A stretch of 47,132 nt of DNA from Chitinophaga pinensis (lineage in GTDB: Bacteria; Bacteroidota; Bacteroidia; AKYH767-A; OLB10), in NCBI GenBank assembly GCA_945872015.1, contig CAMBYJ010000001.1, positions 1 through 47,132 of the forward strand. The letters are read 5' to 3'. The translations under genes were made by a program, and so were the position numbers. The notes beneath the pieces were generated by a model, which was not told the origin of the DNA, ran no database searches, and saw only the letters and a list, made by a program, of their open reading frames with translations. Shown piece by piece: positions 28,566 through 35,605 of the stretch. The first letter of the stretch is position 1. The number at the start of each line of letters is the position of its first letter.

Positions 28566-29585
28566 ATGAAAAATATTTTTATCTCGGGTATCTCCGGATT
28601 TATCGGAACACATATTACTATTGAAGGATTACGCAGAGGATATCATATTACAGGAACTACGCGTTCTCAAAAGAAAGAAAAAGAGGTTAAGAAAATAATT
28701 GCCAATACACTTGGTGAAGAAGCTTTAAAATCGTTGACTGTTTTTCATTGCGACTTAAACTCACCTAACGGTTGGGCAGAGGCGATGAAAGGTTGTGATG
28801 CTGTATTACATGTGGCTTCTCCTTTTCCAATGGGATTACCCAAGCATGAAAATGATTTGATTCATCCTGCTCGCAATGGAGTAAAGCATGTGTTTGAAGC
28901 AGCGTTAGAAAATAAAATTTATCGTATTGTACAAACATCTTCTATTGCGGCAATCATGTACGGACATGAACCTGGCAAGACGCATTTTACAGAGGAAGAT
29001 TTTACAAATATTAATGGTACCATGATTTCTCCTTACACAAAAAGCAAGGCGTTGGCGGAGCAAGATGTCTGGAATTACGCCAAGCAACATTCTGAATTAA
29101 AAGTTAGTGTAATCAATCCTGGATTTGTTTTAGGTCCGTTGTTAAATAAAGAAATTGGTACCAGCGGAGATGTGATTTTAAAACTGATGAAAGGTGAATT
29201 TCCAGGCGTACCTAAGTTAGGCTTTCCTATAGTAGATGTACGTGATGTTGCAGCGGCGCATTACAATGCAATAGAAAACGATTCAAGTATTGGTGAACGT
29301 TATGCAGTAGTTTCTGAATCTTTTTGGTTTAAAGAATTAGCGCAAGCTATTCTGGATGCTTATCCAACGTACAATAAAAAAGTAAAGGCACGTGAATTAC
29401 CCAATTGGTTTTTGAAAATTTTCTCAATGTTTGATAAGCCTACACGCATGATCATTGATGAACTAGGATTTTGCGCAATCATCAGCAACGATAAATTAAA
29501 ACGTGATTTGAAGATTAATCCTATCTCTGCTAAAGATGCCATTCAAGCTACTGCAAAGTCGTTGGTTGATTTAAAACTTGTTTAA
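28566..29585 (+). CDS. NAD(P)-dependent epimerase/reductase of the extended SDR family (dihydroflavonol/cinnamoyl-CoA reductase-like).
   Basis: The Rossmann motif is ISGISGFIGTHI. The catalytic motif is SPYTKSKALAE (YxxxK). The length is 339 aa. Confidence 0.85.
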   Translation: MKNIFISGISGFIGTHITIEGLRRGYHITGTTRSQKKEKEVKKIIANTLGEEALKSLTVFHCDLNSPNGWAEAMKGCDAVLHVASPFPMGLPKHENDLIHPARNGVKHVFEAALENKIYRIVQTSSIAAIMYGHEPGKTHFTEEDFTNINGTMISPYTKSKALAEQDVWNYAKQHSELKVSVINPGFVLGPLLNKEIGTSGDVILKLMKGEFPGVPKLGFPIVDVRDVAAAHYNAIENDSSIGERYAVVSESFWFKELAQAILDAYPTYNKKVKARELPNWFLKIFSMFDKPTRMIIDELGFCAIISNDKLKRDLKINPISAKDAIQATAKSLVDLKLV

Positions 29586-29607
29586 GTTTCTTGCTCATCA
29601 AAAAAAT

Positions 29608-29615
29608 TACCTTTG
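29608..29615 (+). promoter_or_regulatory. Candidate -7 box TACCTTTG for phnA.
   Basis: An exact TAnnTTTG match lies 12 nt upstream of the ATG at 29628, which implies a very short leader. Confidence 0.45.
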
Positions 29616-29627
29616 CAAAAAATTTAA

Positions 29628-30161
29628 ATGATGAGTTGTGAACTATGTGGTTCATCGGAGAACCTGACCCAATATGCTATTGCACCAGAAGGAGCTAAAT
29701 CAATTACTGTTTGTGATAAGTGCAGCAAACAAATTGAGAAGAAAGAAGAGTTAGATGCTAATCACTGGACCTGCTTAAAAGACAGCATGTGGAGTGAGAA
29801 TCCAAATGTGCAAGTAGTTGCTTGGAGAATGTTGAATCGTTTGAAAAACGAAACATGGGCAGCAGATGCAATTGATATGATGTATCTGGATGAAGACGCA
29901 TTAGCATGGGCGCAAGCAACGAACGATCATTTAGAAAGTGATGGCAACGATATGCATCGCGATTGTAACGGAGCTATTTTGTTAGCAGGTGATTCAGTAA
30001 CGTTGATTAAATCGTTGGATGTAAAAGGATCATCGGTACAAGCTAAAATTGGAACGCCGGTTCGTAATATCAAATTAGTTCACGATAACACGGAGCAGAT
30101 AGAAGGAAAAATTGACGGACAACAGATTGTTATTCTGACGAAGTACGTAAAGAAATCGTAG
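29628..30161 (+). CDS. phnA: PhnA-domain protein (long form).
   Basis: The N-terminus is a Cys-pair zinc ribbon (CELCGS..CDKC). The C-terminus GDSVTLIKSLDVKGSSVQAKIGTPVRNIKLVHDNTEQIEGKIDGQQIVILTKYVKK closely matches the E. coli PhnA C-terminal domain as I remember it. Confidence 0.85.
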   Translation: MMSCELCGSSENLTQYAIAPEGAKSITVCDKCSKQIEKKEELDANHWTCLKDSMWSENPNVQVVAWRMLNRLKNETWAADAIDMMYLDEDALAWAQATNDHLESDGNDMHRDCNGAILLAGDSVTLIKSLDVKGSSVQAKIGTPVRNIKLVHDNTEQIEGKIDGQQIVILTKYVKKS

Positions 30162-30163
30162 AG

Positions 30164-30439
30164 TTACGCTTTTGCTGCTTTACGATTAACGTTCATGTTT
30201 GATAAACGGTACATTGTCATTGCTGCGCGACTACTTCCAGCGTTAAAAGAGAATAACTGTTTTACTTTTCTGAAAATTGCTTTTATAGAATCCATATCTG
30301 TAATGTAAAACTGGTTAGTTAAAACGATTTGATACTGTTTAATTGCTTTTGTAAATAAACGCGCAACAACACCTTTTAACAAGCAATTCGAACTGAATAG
30401 GTAAAATAAGGGGTTGAACGGGAATGTTTTTTGCATCAA
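30164..30439 (-). CDS. Doubtful small basic ORF (91 aa).
   Basis: Only ORF-track support. It has no motif and no obvious promoter, and it fills the gap between the M36 stop and the phnA stop. Confidence 0.25.
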   Translation of the reverse strand: MMQKTFPFNPLFYLFSSNCLLKGVVARLFTKAIKQYQIVLTNQFYITDMDSIKAIFRKVKQLFSFNAGSSRAAMTMYRLSNMNVNRKAAKA

Positions 30440-30621
30440 TTTCTATGAATGACACATTAGTCTTTTTGTGAATAGCTTCATCCAAGTACTTACCTTGAAA
30501 ATTTAATAGTACTACCTATGAAAATATTATTCAAACACTATTATAGGTTTATTGAATGACCGCCAATAATTTTATTTGGATGTTATAAAAATCAACTCCC
30601 TTAATAACCTTCTTTCCAATA

Positions 30622-33600
30622 CTAAGGTGTAACAAAATCATAGTTAACATTTTCTCCCATTAGAACAGGCTGCTTCGACCATGTTTCAAGTCCGTTTCGT
30701 GTACGAATTGAGATATAATAACTATTGCCTGCTGCTATTGCAGGAAATGAAGCAGATGCATTTCCATCGATATCTAATAAAGCCGTGGTTGAATGAATCG
30801 TATTGTAAGGACTATTTACTGCGTGAAGTTCAACGATGATAGAATCACAAGCTGTAGGACTATTATGTAGTTCATTGTTGTATAGAATAGGTTCCATTCG
30901 CCCTGAGCTATTCATAAATCCTTCAATAAATGCATGTAGATTAAGTACAGATTGATCAATGCAAAGATTAACAATGATAGCTACAGATTGGGTAACACCA
31001 CAACCGTTAGCATCAACGGCGGTAACCTGATAACTCTGACTATTTGTTGGCCATACTAACGGGTTAGCAATTGAAGAATTATTAATTGCAGTTGTTGGCA
31101 TCCAGCTATAAGTGAAGTTTGTGAAAGGAGTAAACCGTACTGCATTATTAGTGATACCAAAAACAGCTGCATTTCTTCCCGTTGGCACTACACCTGCCGA
31201 ACCATTACTATTCTCGATGCCCTGTGTTGTTGCTTCTCCAGGAACAGATGTTATAACCTCGCTATGAATTTCAATAACATTTGAGCTTTCAAACAGAATA
31301 ATTTGTCCACGCATTGGATAGGCAGTACCGTTATAATGATACGTATTATATCGAACAATTAATTTACGATTTGGAGCAGTACCAGTAGTAAAATAACTAA
31401 CCACCGATGAATTAGCTCCTGGATTTAAATCGTTCCATGCAAAAGCAATCAGGTTATCAGGACTACCAACACTTGGGATTAAACTACCTGTACAGCAACC
31501 ATTCGCCATGTTCGCATTAAACCCAATAAATCCATTGGAAGAAACATAGAAGTTGGTATAAAGATTCCCGTAAAAGTTAAAAGTAAAACCAATTGGTCGC
31601 GCAGTACTCACTGCTTCATCAGTCAAAGAAATAGATGTTCCGCTGCCTGTAATAGGAGCATACGTAATTGTCGAAAAATTATATCCAGAAATAGCATTTG
31701 AGTTCGTAATTGTAGCCGCTAACTGTAATGTGTCGCCAGAGCAAATAGTATCAGGACTTGCAGTAACCGAAACATTAAACGATGTAATTGTAATATAATT
31801 CGAAAGTAATAGTGAGTCGCTACCAAGCGTATTAGTAACAACTAATTTAACAGCATACAATCCTGGCTGTGAATATACATGCGTTGGATTCTGTTGTGTT
31901 GAAGTAGTACCATCGCCAAAATTCCACAACCACGACTGCGGAATATCTATAGATAGATCATTAAACTTCACTGATCCAGGACAAAGAGCCGTTGTTTGTG
32001 TTGCATTGAAATTTGCAATTGGTGGAGCTGTAGGATCATTACAAAATGGAGGATACGTAAAATCAACCACCTCGTCACCTACTACGTTAGAGCTTCCTTG
32101 CGTAGCAAAGTATCCCATTCCACGACGTGCAAACGCTTCCCATATTTGACAACGATGAGCGCCACTATAAAGAATATCGTCGGCCAGTAAAATTGCATCT
32201 CTAGCATCGATGTAACCAGGACTACATGGCTGTAGCTTCATCCCTTCCAACACTAGTTTCATTGCTATGTTATTTCCCGAAGTACCTGTGTACAGATTCG
32301 CATTATATCCATAATCACGAATAAGAAACCACGTCATATCCCATATTGCAGCACACCATATTTCACCTCTTCCATGGGGATAGACACTCGTTGATATATC
32401 AGCATAGGTGAGTGGATTAATACTCATATTTGTTGAATAAGGATAACGACGGATACCCACCCCGTTAGTTGATTGTCCTTTTGCAAAGGTGCCAATACCG
32501 CGTGCATTTGCACCTTGATCACCCTGCTCAATTGTTAGTATCAAGCCCAGCCAATCACTCCAACCCTCACCGCCTTGTTCTTCATTTGTAAGACAACTAG
32601 CTGCTGCTGGTCCGCCAGTAAGTCGATTGGAAACTCCATGACCATATTCATGCGCTACAATTCCGTTATCAAACGAGCCATCTAATTGAGGAGGTGCTGT
32701 ACAAATTACAATCTTTGCATTGACCGTAACAGCACTATTCAATTGTGTTTTCATTGCATTTCCATCTGATTGCGTTACCGAAACAGATGGAATAGTAATG
32801 GTAGTTGTTGGAGTACCAGTCATAGCAGGAGGTGTTGTTCCTGTTGCATTATTAGCTATGATAACTCCAATAGCACCAGCAGCCTGAGCAAATTGAGTTT
32901 TGATAACAAAGCTACATGTGCCTCTATCGATTAGCGCTATTTTTCCCGAAATTGCTGCTGCATTGGTGAATGCTGAACAACCATCTGAACTTGTACCTAC
33001 ACCATCTTGAGCAAGCACAACATTTGCTGTTATATTAAACGCAGAAGCAGGGTTGTAACTAGCAACGCCTACAGGTTTTAATCCTGCAATAGCAGTAGGC
33101 GCGTTTATGGTTAACGAATTGGTACATACAGTTGGGTTGGTCCATAGATACATTTGCATACGTGGATTAGACCCATCTGGTGGAGTTGCAAAATTTGCAT
33201 TATTAGTTCCACTACCATCAAATCCTTCAGCGTTTACATAATCGTTAGCGGCTCCACCATTTCCATAATTATTCTGTTGGAAATTTCCTGCAGCCTCATT
33301 AAAACCATTCTGATGAAGAATATCATGAATCACATTACTCATGTAAAATAGATTAGTAAGTGATGCATTCCGTTGATAGGCATTAGATGAATCAGGATGA
33401 TATGGAAAGTTAAAAATCTGCGATGCACCACCGTCTGGAGAATAGCCTGGAAGATTATCACTATTGGCATCTTCATAAGCATATACATTATTACCACGAG
33501 TAATGTTGTATTCTGTGCCCAAAGCACCATTTGTATCATGCCAACCATATGGAGAAGCTACTGGTTCTGATGGATCATTTAATAGCTGAAGCGTTCCATG

Positions 33601-34350
33601 AATAGGACTTTCAATTGGAAGAGGGAAAACATTATACTTTGCTGTACCAGATCCAGGCATTGGAAGCGGATTGGGTGACATAACATATGATGAAGCAGAA
33701 TGCACCGAATGATCATGTGGTACATTAAAATTACACGAGACGACCCAGTCGTTTTTTTCTAAAAATTCTCCAGTGGTTGCATCAATACGAATATTCCAGT
33801 AATGCGAGCCATCTTTTAGGTCGAGGGAAATATTCCATGCTAGTTTTACTCCTTTTTTAGTTTCTACATACATCAGTTCTACTTCTACAGGCGAAGAAAT
33901 AAGAGATGGAATGTTAGCAGTAAATTTTCTTGTTTCTCCATTCTTCAAAACAGGTACAGGAACGGAGGCTTCCATCTTTAAATGTGAAAGTGCGGCACTA
34001 ATTGCCTGCTGCGGAGTAATTGCTGGTGTTACACTATTTATCTTTGATGATAGATTATTTACAAATGGAATTTTTGACCCATATACCTTTCCGTTAGAAA
34101 CAACTACGGGAGCAATCGCATTAAAAACAGGAATCCCTTTCCATGCTTGTTGTAAATAGATATATGTCCTTTCTGTTGTACGATCAGTATACTGCGAAGA
34201 AATTGTAACATCCTTAATATCTGATTCAATGAGTCCTGATTTACTGAAATTATTACTCAGATAGCTTTGAACATTAGCTGGAACCTGCTGTGCTTTTGCA
34301 ACTGAAAAGATGAATAAAAAATTAATGATTATAAAAATAACCCGATTCAT
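30622..34350 (-). CDS. Secreted multidomain M36 (fungalysin-type) zinc metalloprotease with PA-like insert, PKD-like and further beta domains.
   Basis: I prefer the ATG at 34350 (MNRVIFIIINFLFIFSVAKAQQ = signal peptide) over the track start at 34506. The zinc motif VAHEYGHGVSNRL lies at 32635-32652 on the minus strand. A propeptide-like N-terminal region is present. The PKD-like stretch is ..[32 protein letters not shown]... No canonical T9SS tail is present. Confidence 0.85.
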   Translation of the reverse strand: MNRVIFIIINFLFIFSVAKAQQVPANVQSYLSNNFSKSGLIESDIKDVTISSQYTDRTTERTYIYLQQAWKGIPVFNAIAPVVVSNGKVYGSKIPFVNNLSSKINSVTPAITPQQAISAALSHLKMEASVPVPVLKNGETRKFTANIPSLISSPVEVELMYVETKKGVKLAWNISLDLKDGSHYWNIRIDATTGEFLEKNDWVVSCNFNVPHDHSVHSASSYVMSPNPLPMPGSGTAKYNVFPLPIESPIHGTLQLLNDPSEPVASPYGWHDTNGALGTEYNITRGNNVYAYEDANSDNLPGYSPDGGASQIFNFPYHPDSSNAYQRNASLTNLFYMSNVIHDILHQNGFNEAAGNFQQNNYGNGGAANDYVNAEGFDGSGTNNANFATPPDGSNPRMQMYLWTNPTVCTNSLTINAPTAIAGLKPVGVASYNPASAFNITANVVLAQDGVGTSSDGCSAFTNAAAISGKIALIDRGTCSFVIKTQFAQAAGAIGVIIANNATGTTPPAMTGTPTTTITIPSVSVTQSDGNAMKTQLNSAVTVNAKIVICTAPPQLDGSFDNGIVAHEYGHGVSNRLTGGPAAASCLTNEEQGGEGWSDWLGLILTIEQGDQGANARGIGTFAKGQSTNGVGIRRYPYSTNMSINPLTYADISTSVYPHGRGEIWCAAIWDMTWFLIRDYGYNANLYTGTSGNNIAMKLVLEGMKLQPCSPGYIDARDAILLADDILYSGAHRCQIWEAFARRGMGYFATQGSSNVVGDEVVDFTYPPFCNDPTAPPIANFNATQTTALCPGSVKFNDLSIDIPQSWLWNFGDGTTSTQQNPTHVYSQPGLYAVKLVVTNTLGSDSLLLSNYITITSFNVSVTASPDTICSGDTLQLAATITNSNAISGYNFSTITYAPITGSGTSISLTDEAVSTARPIGFTFNFYGNLYTNFYVSSNGFIGFNANMANGCCTGSLIPSVGSPDNLIAFAWNDLNPGANSSVVSYFTTGTAPNRKLIVRYNTYHYNGTAYPMRGQIILFESSNVIEIHSEVITSVPGEATTQGIENSNGSAGVVPTGRNAAVFGITNNAVRFTPFTNFTYSWMPTTAINNSSIANPLVWPTNSQSYQVTAVDANGCGVTQSVAIIVNLCIDQSVLNLHAFIEGFMNSSGRMEPILYNNELHNSPTACDSIIVELHAVNSPYNTIHSTTALLDIDGNASASFPAIAAGNSYYISIRTRNGLETWSKQPVLMGENVNYDFVTP

Positions 34351-34479
34351 ATGGAATGTAGCTTTCAAGCAAAATTTGCTTACGTTGTTTTTAAAGACGA
34401 ATAATTTTAATGAATTGATGCAAGTTAGAGAATTCAGCCGAAAAAACATCGTTTTACTTTGAATACTATTCGCAAAACT

Positions 34480-34487
34480 CAAATGTA
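34480..34487 (-). promoter_or_regulatory. Weak candidate -7 box (TACATTTG in gene sense) for the M36 gene.
   Basis: The plus strand reads CAAATGTA, the same octamer as upstream of the 997-aa gene. It lies 130 nt from the ATG and has no -33 element. Confidence 0.25.
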
Positions 34488-34567
34488 AATGGTCATTAAT
34501 GATCAATAGTTGAATCTAAATTCAAATAACTAAAAATCAGTTGTTTAAAAAAATAAACACAAACCAT

Positions 34568-34598
34568 TTTGTTAATTAAAAATCTAGGTGTATTTTTG
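34568..34598 (+). promoter_or_regulatory. Consensus Bacteroidota promoter (-33 TTTG, 19-nt spacer, -7 TATTTTTG).
   Basis: TTTG lies at 34568-34571 and TATTTTTG at 34591-34598. The context AGGTG-TAnnTTTG-CCC is shared with the tRNA-Gln promoter. Confidence 0.65.
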
Positions 34599-34750
34599 CC
34601 CTCCGTTGTAGAAATGCTCGTTCTTTTAAAACTACAACAAAGTTCCCACCCGAACACGTGTTTTAGTCATAAAGTATGCGCTTGCTTAACTTTATGATAG
34701 CTAGAGCCTGAAACGATGTTCTTCTCCTTGTTAGGCAAAGAGAAGAGTAT
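34599..34750 (+). ncRNA. Unassigned structured leader of about 150 nt between the promoter and tRNA-Asn (possible small RNA or cassette relic).
   Basis: No ORF is present. Three hairpins are seen: 34605-34611/34632-34638; 34667-34675/34689-34697; and 34719-34730/34736-34747 (one mismatch). A CACGTG palindrome lies at 34655-34660. Confidence 0.4.
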
Positions 34751-34824
34751 TCCTTCTTAGCTCAGCTGGTTAGAGCACATGACTGTTAATCATGGGGTCC
34801 CTGGTTCGAGCCCAGGAGAGGGAG
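34751..34824 (+). tRNA. tRNA-Asn(GTT): tRNA-Asn (anticodon GTT), 74 nt, CCA not encoded.
   Basis: Hand-folded cloverleaf: acceptor TCCTTCT/AGAGGGA (one G-U pair), D arm GCTC-AGCTGGTTA-GAGC, anticodon arm CATGA-CTGTTAA-TCATG, T arm CCTGG-TTCGAGC-CCAGG, discriminator G. Confidence 0.95.
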
Positions 34825-34903
34825 CGGTGAGGCAGAGCCTTCGGCACGCCTCACCGCTACATAGTGTAAATCGAGTGCAACGAGATTTTCTACTATGTGG
34901 CGG
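34823..34903 (+). other. Two overlapping GC-rich hairpins directly abutting the tRNA-Asn 3' end.
   Basis: Hairpin A is GCGGTGAGGC (34824-34833) paired with GCCTCACCGC (34848-34857), with an inner GCC-TTC-GGC. Hairpin B is CCGCTACATAGT (34854-34865) paired with ACTATGTGGCGG (34892-34903), 12 bp with one G-U pair. The two hairpins share CCGC (34854-34857). Confidence 0.6.
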
Positions 34904-34917
34904 GATATAAAAAGAAA

Positions 34918-34950
34918 AGAAAGGTAGCTAATCGGCTACCTTTCTTTTTT
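34918..34950 (+). terminator. Intrinsic terminator after the tRNA-Asn transcription unit.
   Basis: An 11-bp stem (AGAAAGGTAGC / GCTACCTTTCT) closes the loop TAATCG and is followed by TTTTTT. Confidence 0.8.
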
Positions 34951-35000
34951 AGTATAAATAATCAGGTTTTCATTTTTCAATGGACCACAAAATAATTTTT

Positions 35001-35306
35001 ATGAAACTACCACAGTTTGCTGTATATGTTTTATACAGTTTAAAAGATCATCAATTTTATATTGGATATACTTCCAACTTTACTAGAAGAATGGAAGAGC
35101 ATGCCGAAGGAAGAAGCAAAAGCACTAAATGCCGCCGTCCATTTGTTTGTGTATTTTGCGAATACTATTTGAGTAAATCAGATGCACTACGTAGAGAGCA
35201 ATATTTTAAAACTACAGCTGGGAAAAGAGTTTTAAGACTAATGTTGCAAGAAAGTTTAAGCTTAATTGAAGCATGCAAATTAGAGAAGAGGTCAGCTAAT
35301 AACTGA
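35001..35306 (+). CDS. Small GIY-YIG (URI-domain, COG2827-like) nuclease family protein.
   Basis: The sequence reads FAVYVLYS..HQFYIGYTSNFTRRMEEH..RRPFVCVFCEYYLSKSDALRREQYFKTTAGKR. It shows the GIY and YIG motifs, the conserved Arg, and Glu in the ..CEY.. context. I prefer the ATG at 35001 (MKLPQF..). Confidence 0.8.
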   Translation: MKLPQFAVYVLYSLKDHQFYIGYTSNFTRRMEEHAEGRSKSTKCRRPFVCVFCEYYLSKSDALRREQYFKTTAGKRVLRLMLQESLSLIEACKLEKRSANN

Positions 35307-35320
35307 CCTCTTTCTTTTTT
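35286..35320 (+). terminator. Intrinsic terminator overlapping the GIY-YIG stop codon.
   Basis: A 10-bp stem (AAGAGGTCAG / CTGACCTCTT) closes the loop CTAATAA and is followed by TCTTTTTT. The design is a sibling of the terminator at 34918 (CTAAT loop, CCT(C)TTTCTTTTTT tail). Confidence 0.75.
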
Positions 35321-35328
35321 CAATAAGT

Positions 35329-35535
35329 ATGAACTATTCTGTTTATATACTTTATTCTTCTAAACTCGATAGATTAAATAACGAAATCACTAACCGAGAC
35401 CGTAATCAATTACGAGGGCTTCTGATTATACTGTTTTCCAAATTCTCGCACTATTTTGCCCATCCATCTAATTATTCTCCGTTCATTTGTTTAATCGTAA
35501 ATCATTTTTATTCCTGTAAAATTTTCAAAACGTGA
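35329..35535 (+). pseudogene. Decayed N-terminal remnant of a second GIY-YIG gene.
   Basis: The ORF begins MNYSVYILYSSKLDR.., a good GIY-motif N-terminus. The YIG motif and catalytic Arg/Glu are then lost (..LNNEITNRDRNQLRG..) and the remainder is unrelated low-complexity sequence. Confidence 0.4.
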
Positions 35536-35605
35536 TGATGGACTTCAAAAAGCAAAATGAATTGAACGTTTGATTTACTTTCGTACTTCCAAATCAATAT
35601 TCACA

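Noticed and set aside
34351-34506. N-terminal extensions in the track ORFs. These are the 52 extra aa on the M36 gene, and similar extensions at 35570, 40651, 24542, 25487 and 34980.
   Set aside because: In each case an internal ATG gives a canonical signal peptide, lipobox or family N-terminus and removes overlap with the neighbouring gene. The extensions have no such features.
35329-35535. The 68-aa ORF considered as a genuine protein-coding gene.
   Set aside because: Only the first 15 or so residues resemble a GIY-YIG N-terminus, and the catalytic motifs are missing. The rest is low-complexity sequence with no terminator-bounded unit. I call it a decayed remnant instead.
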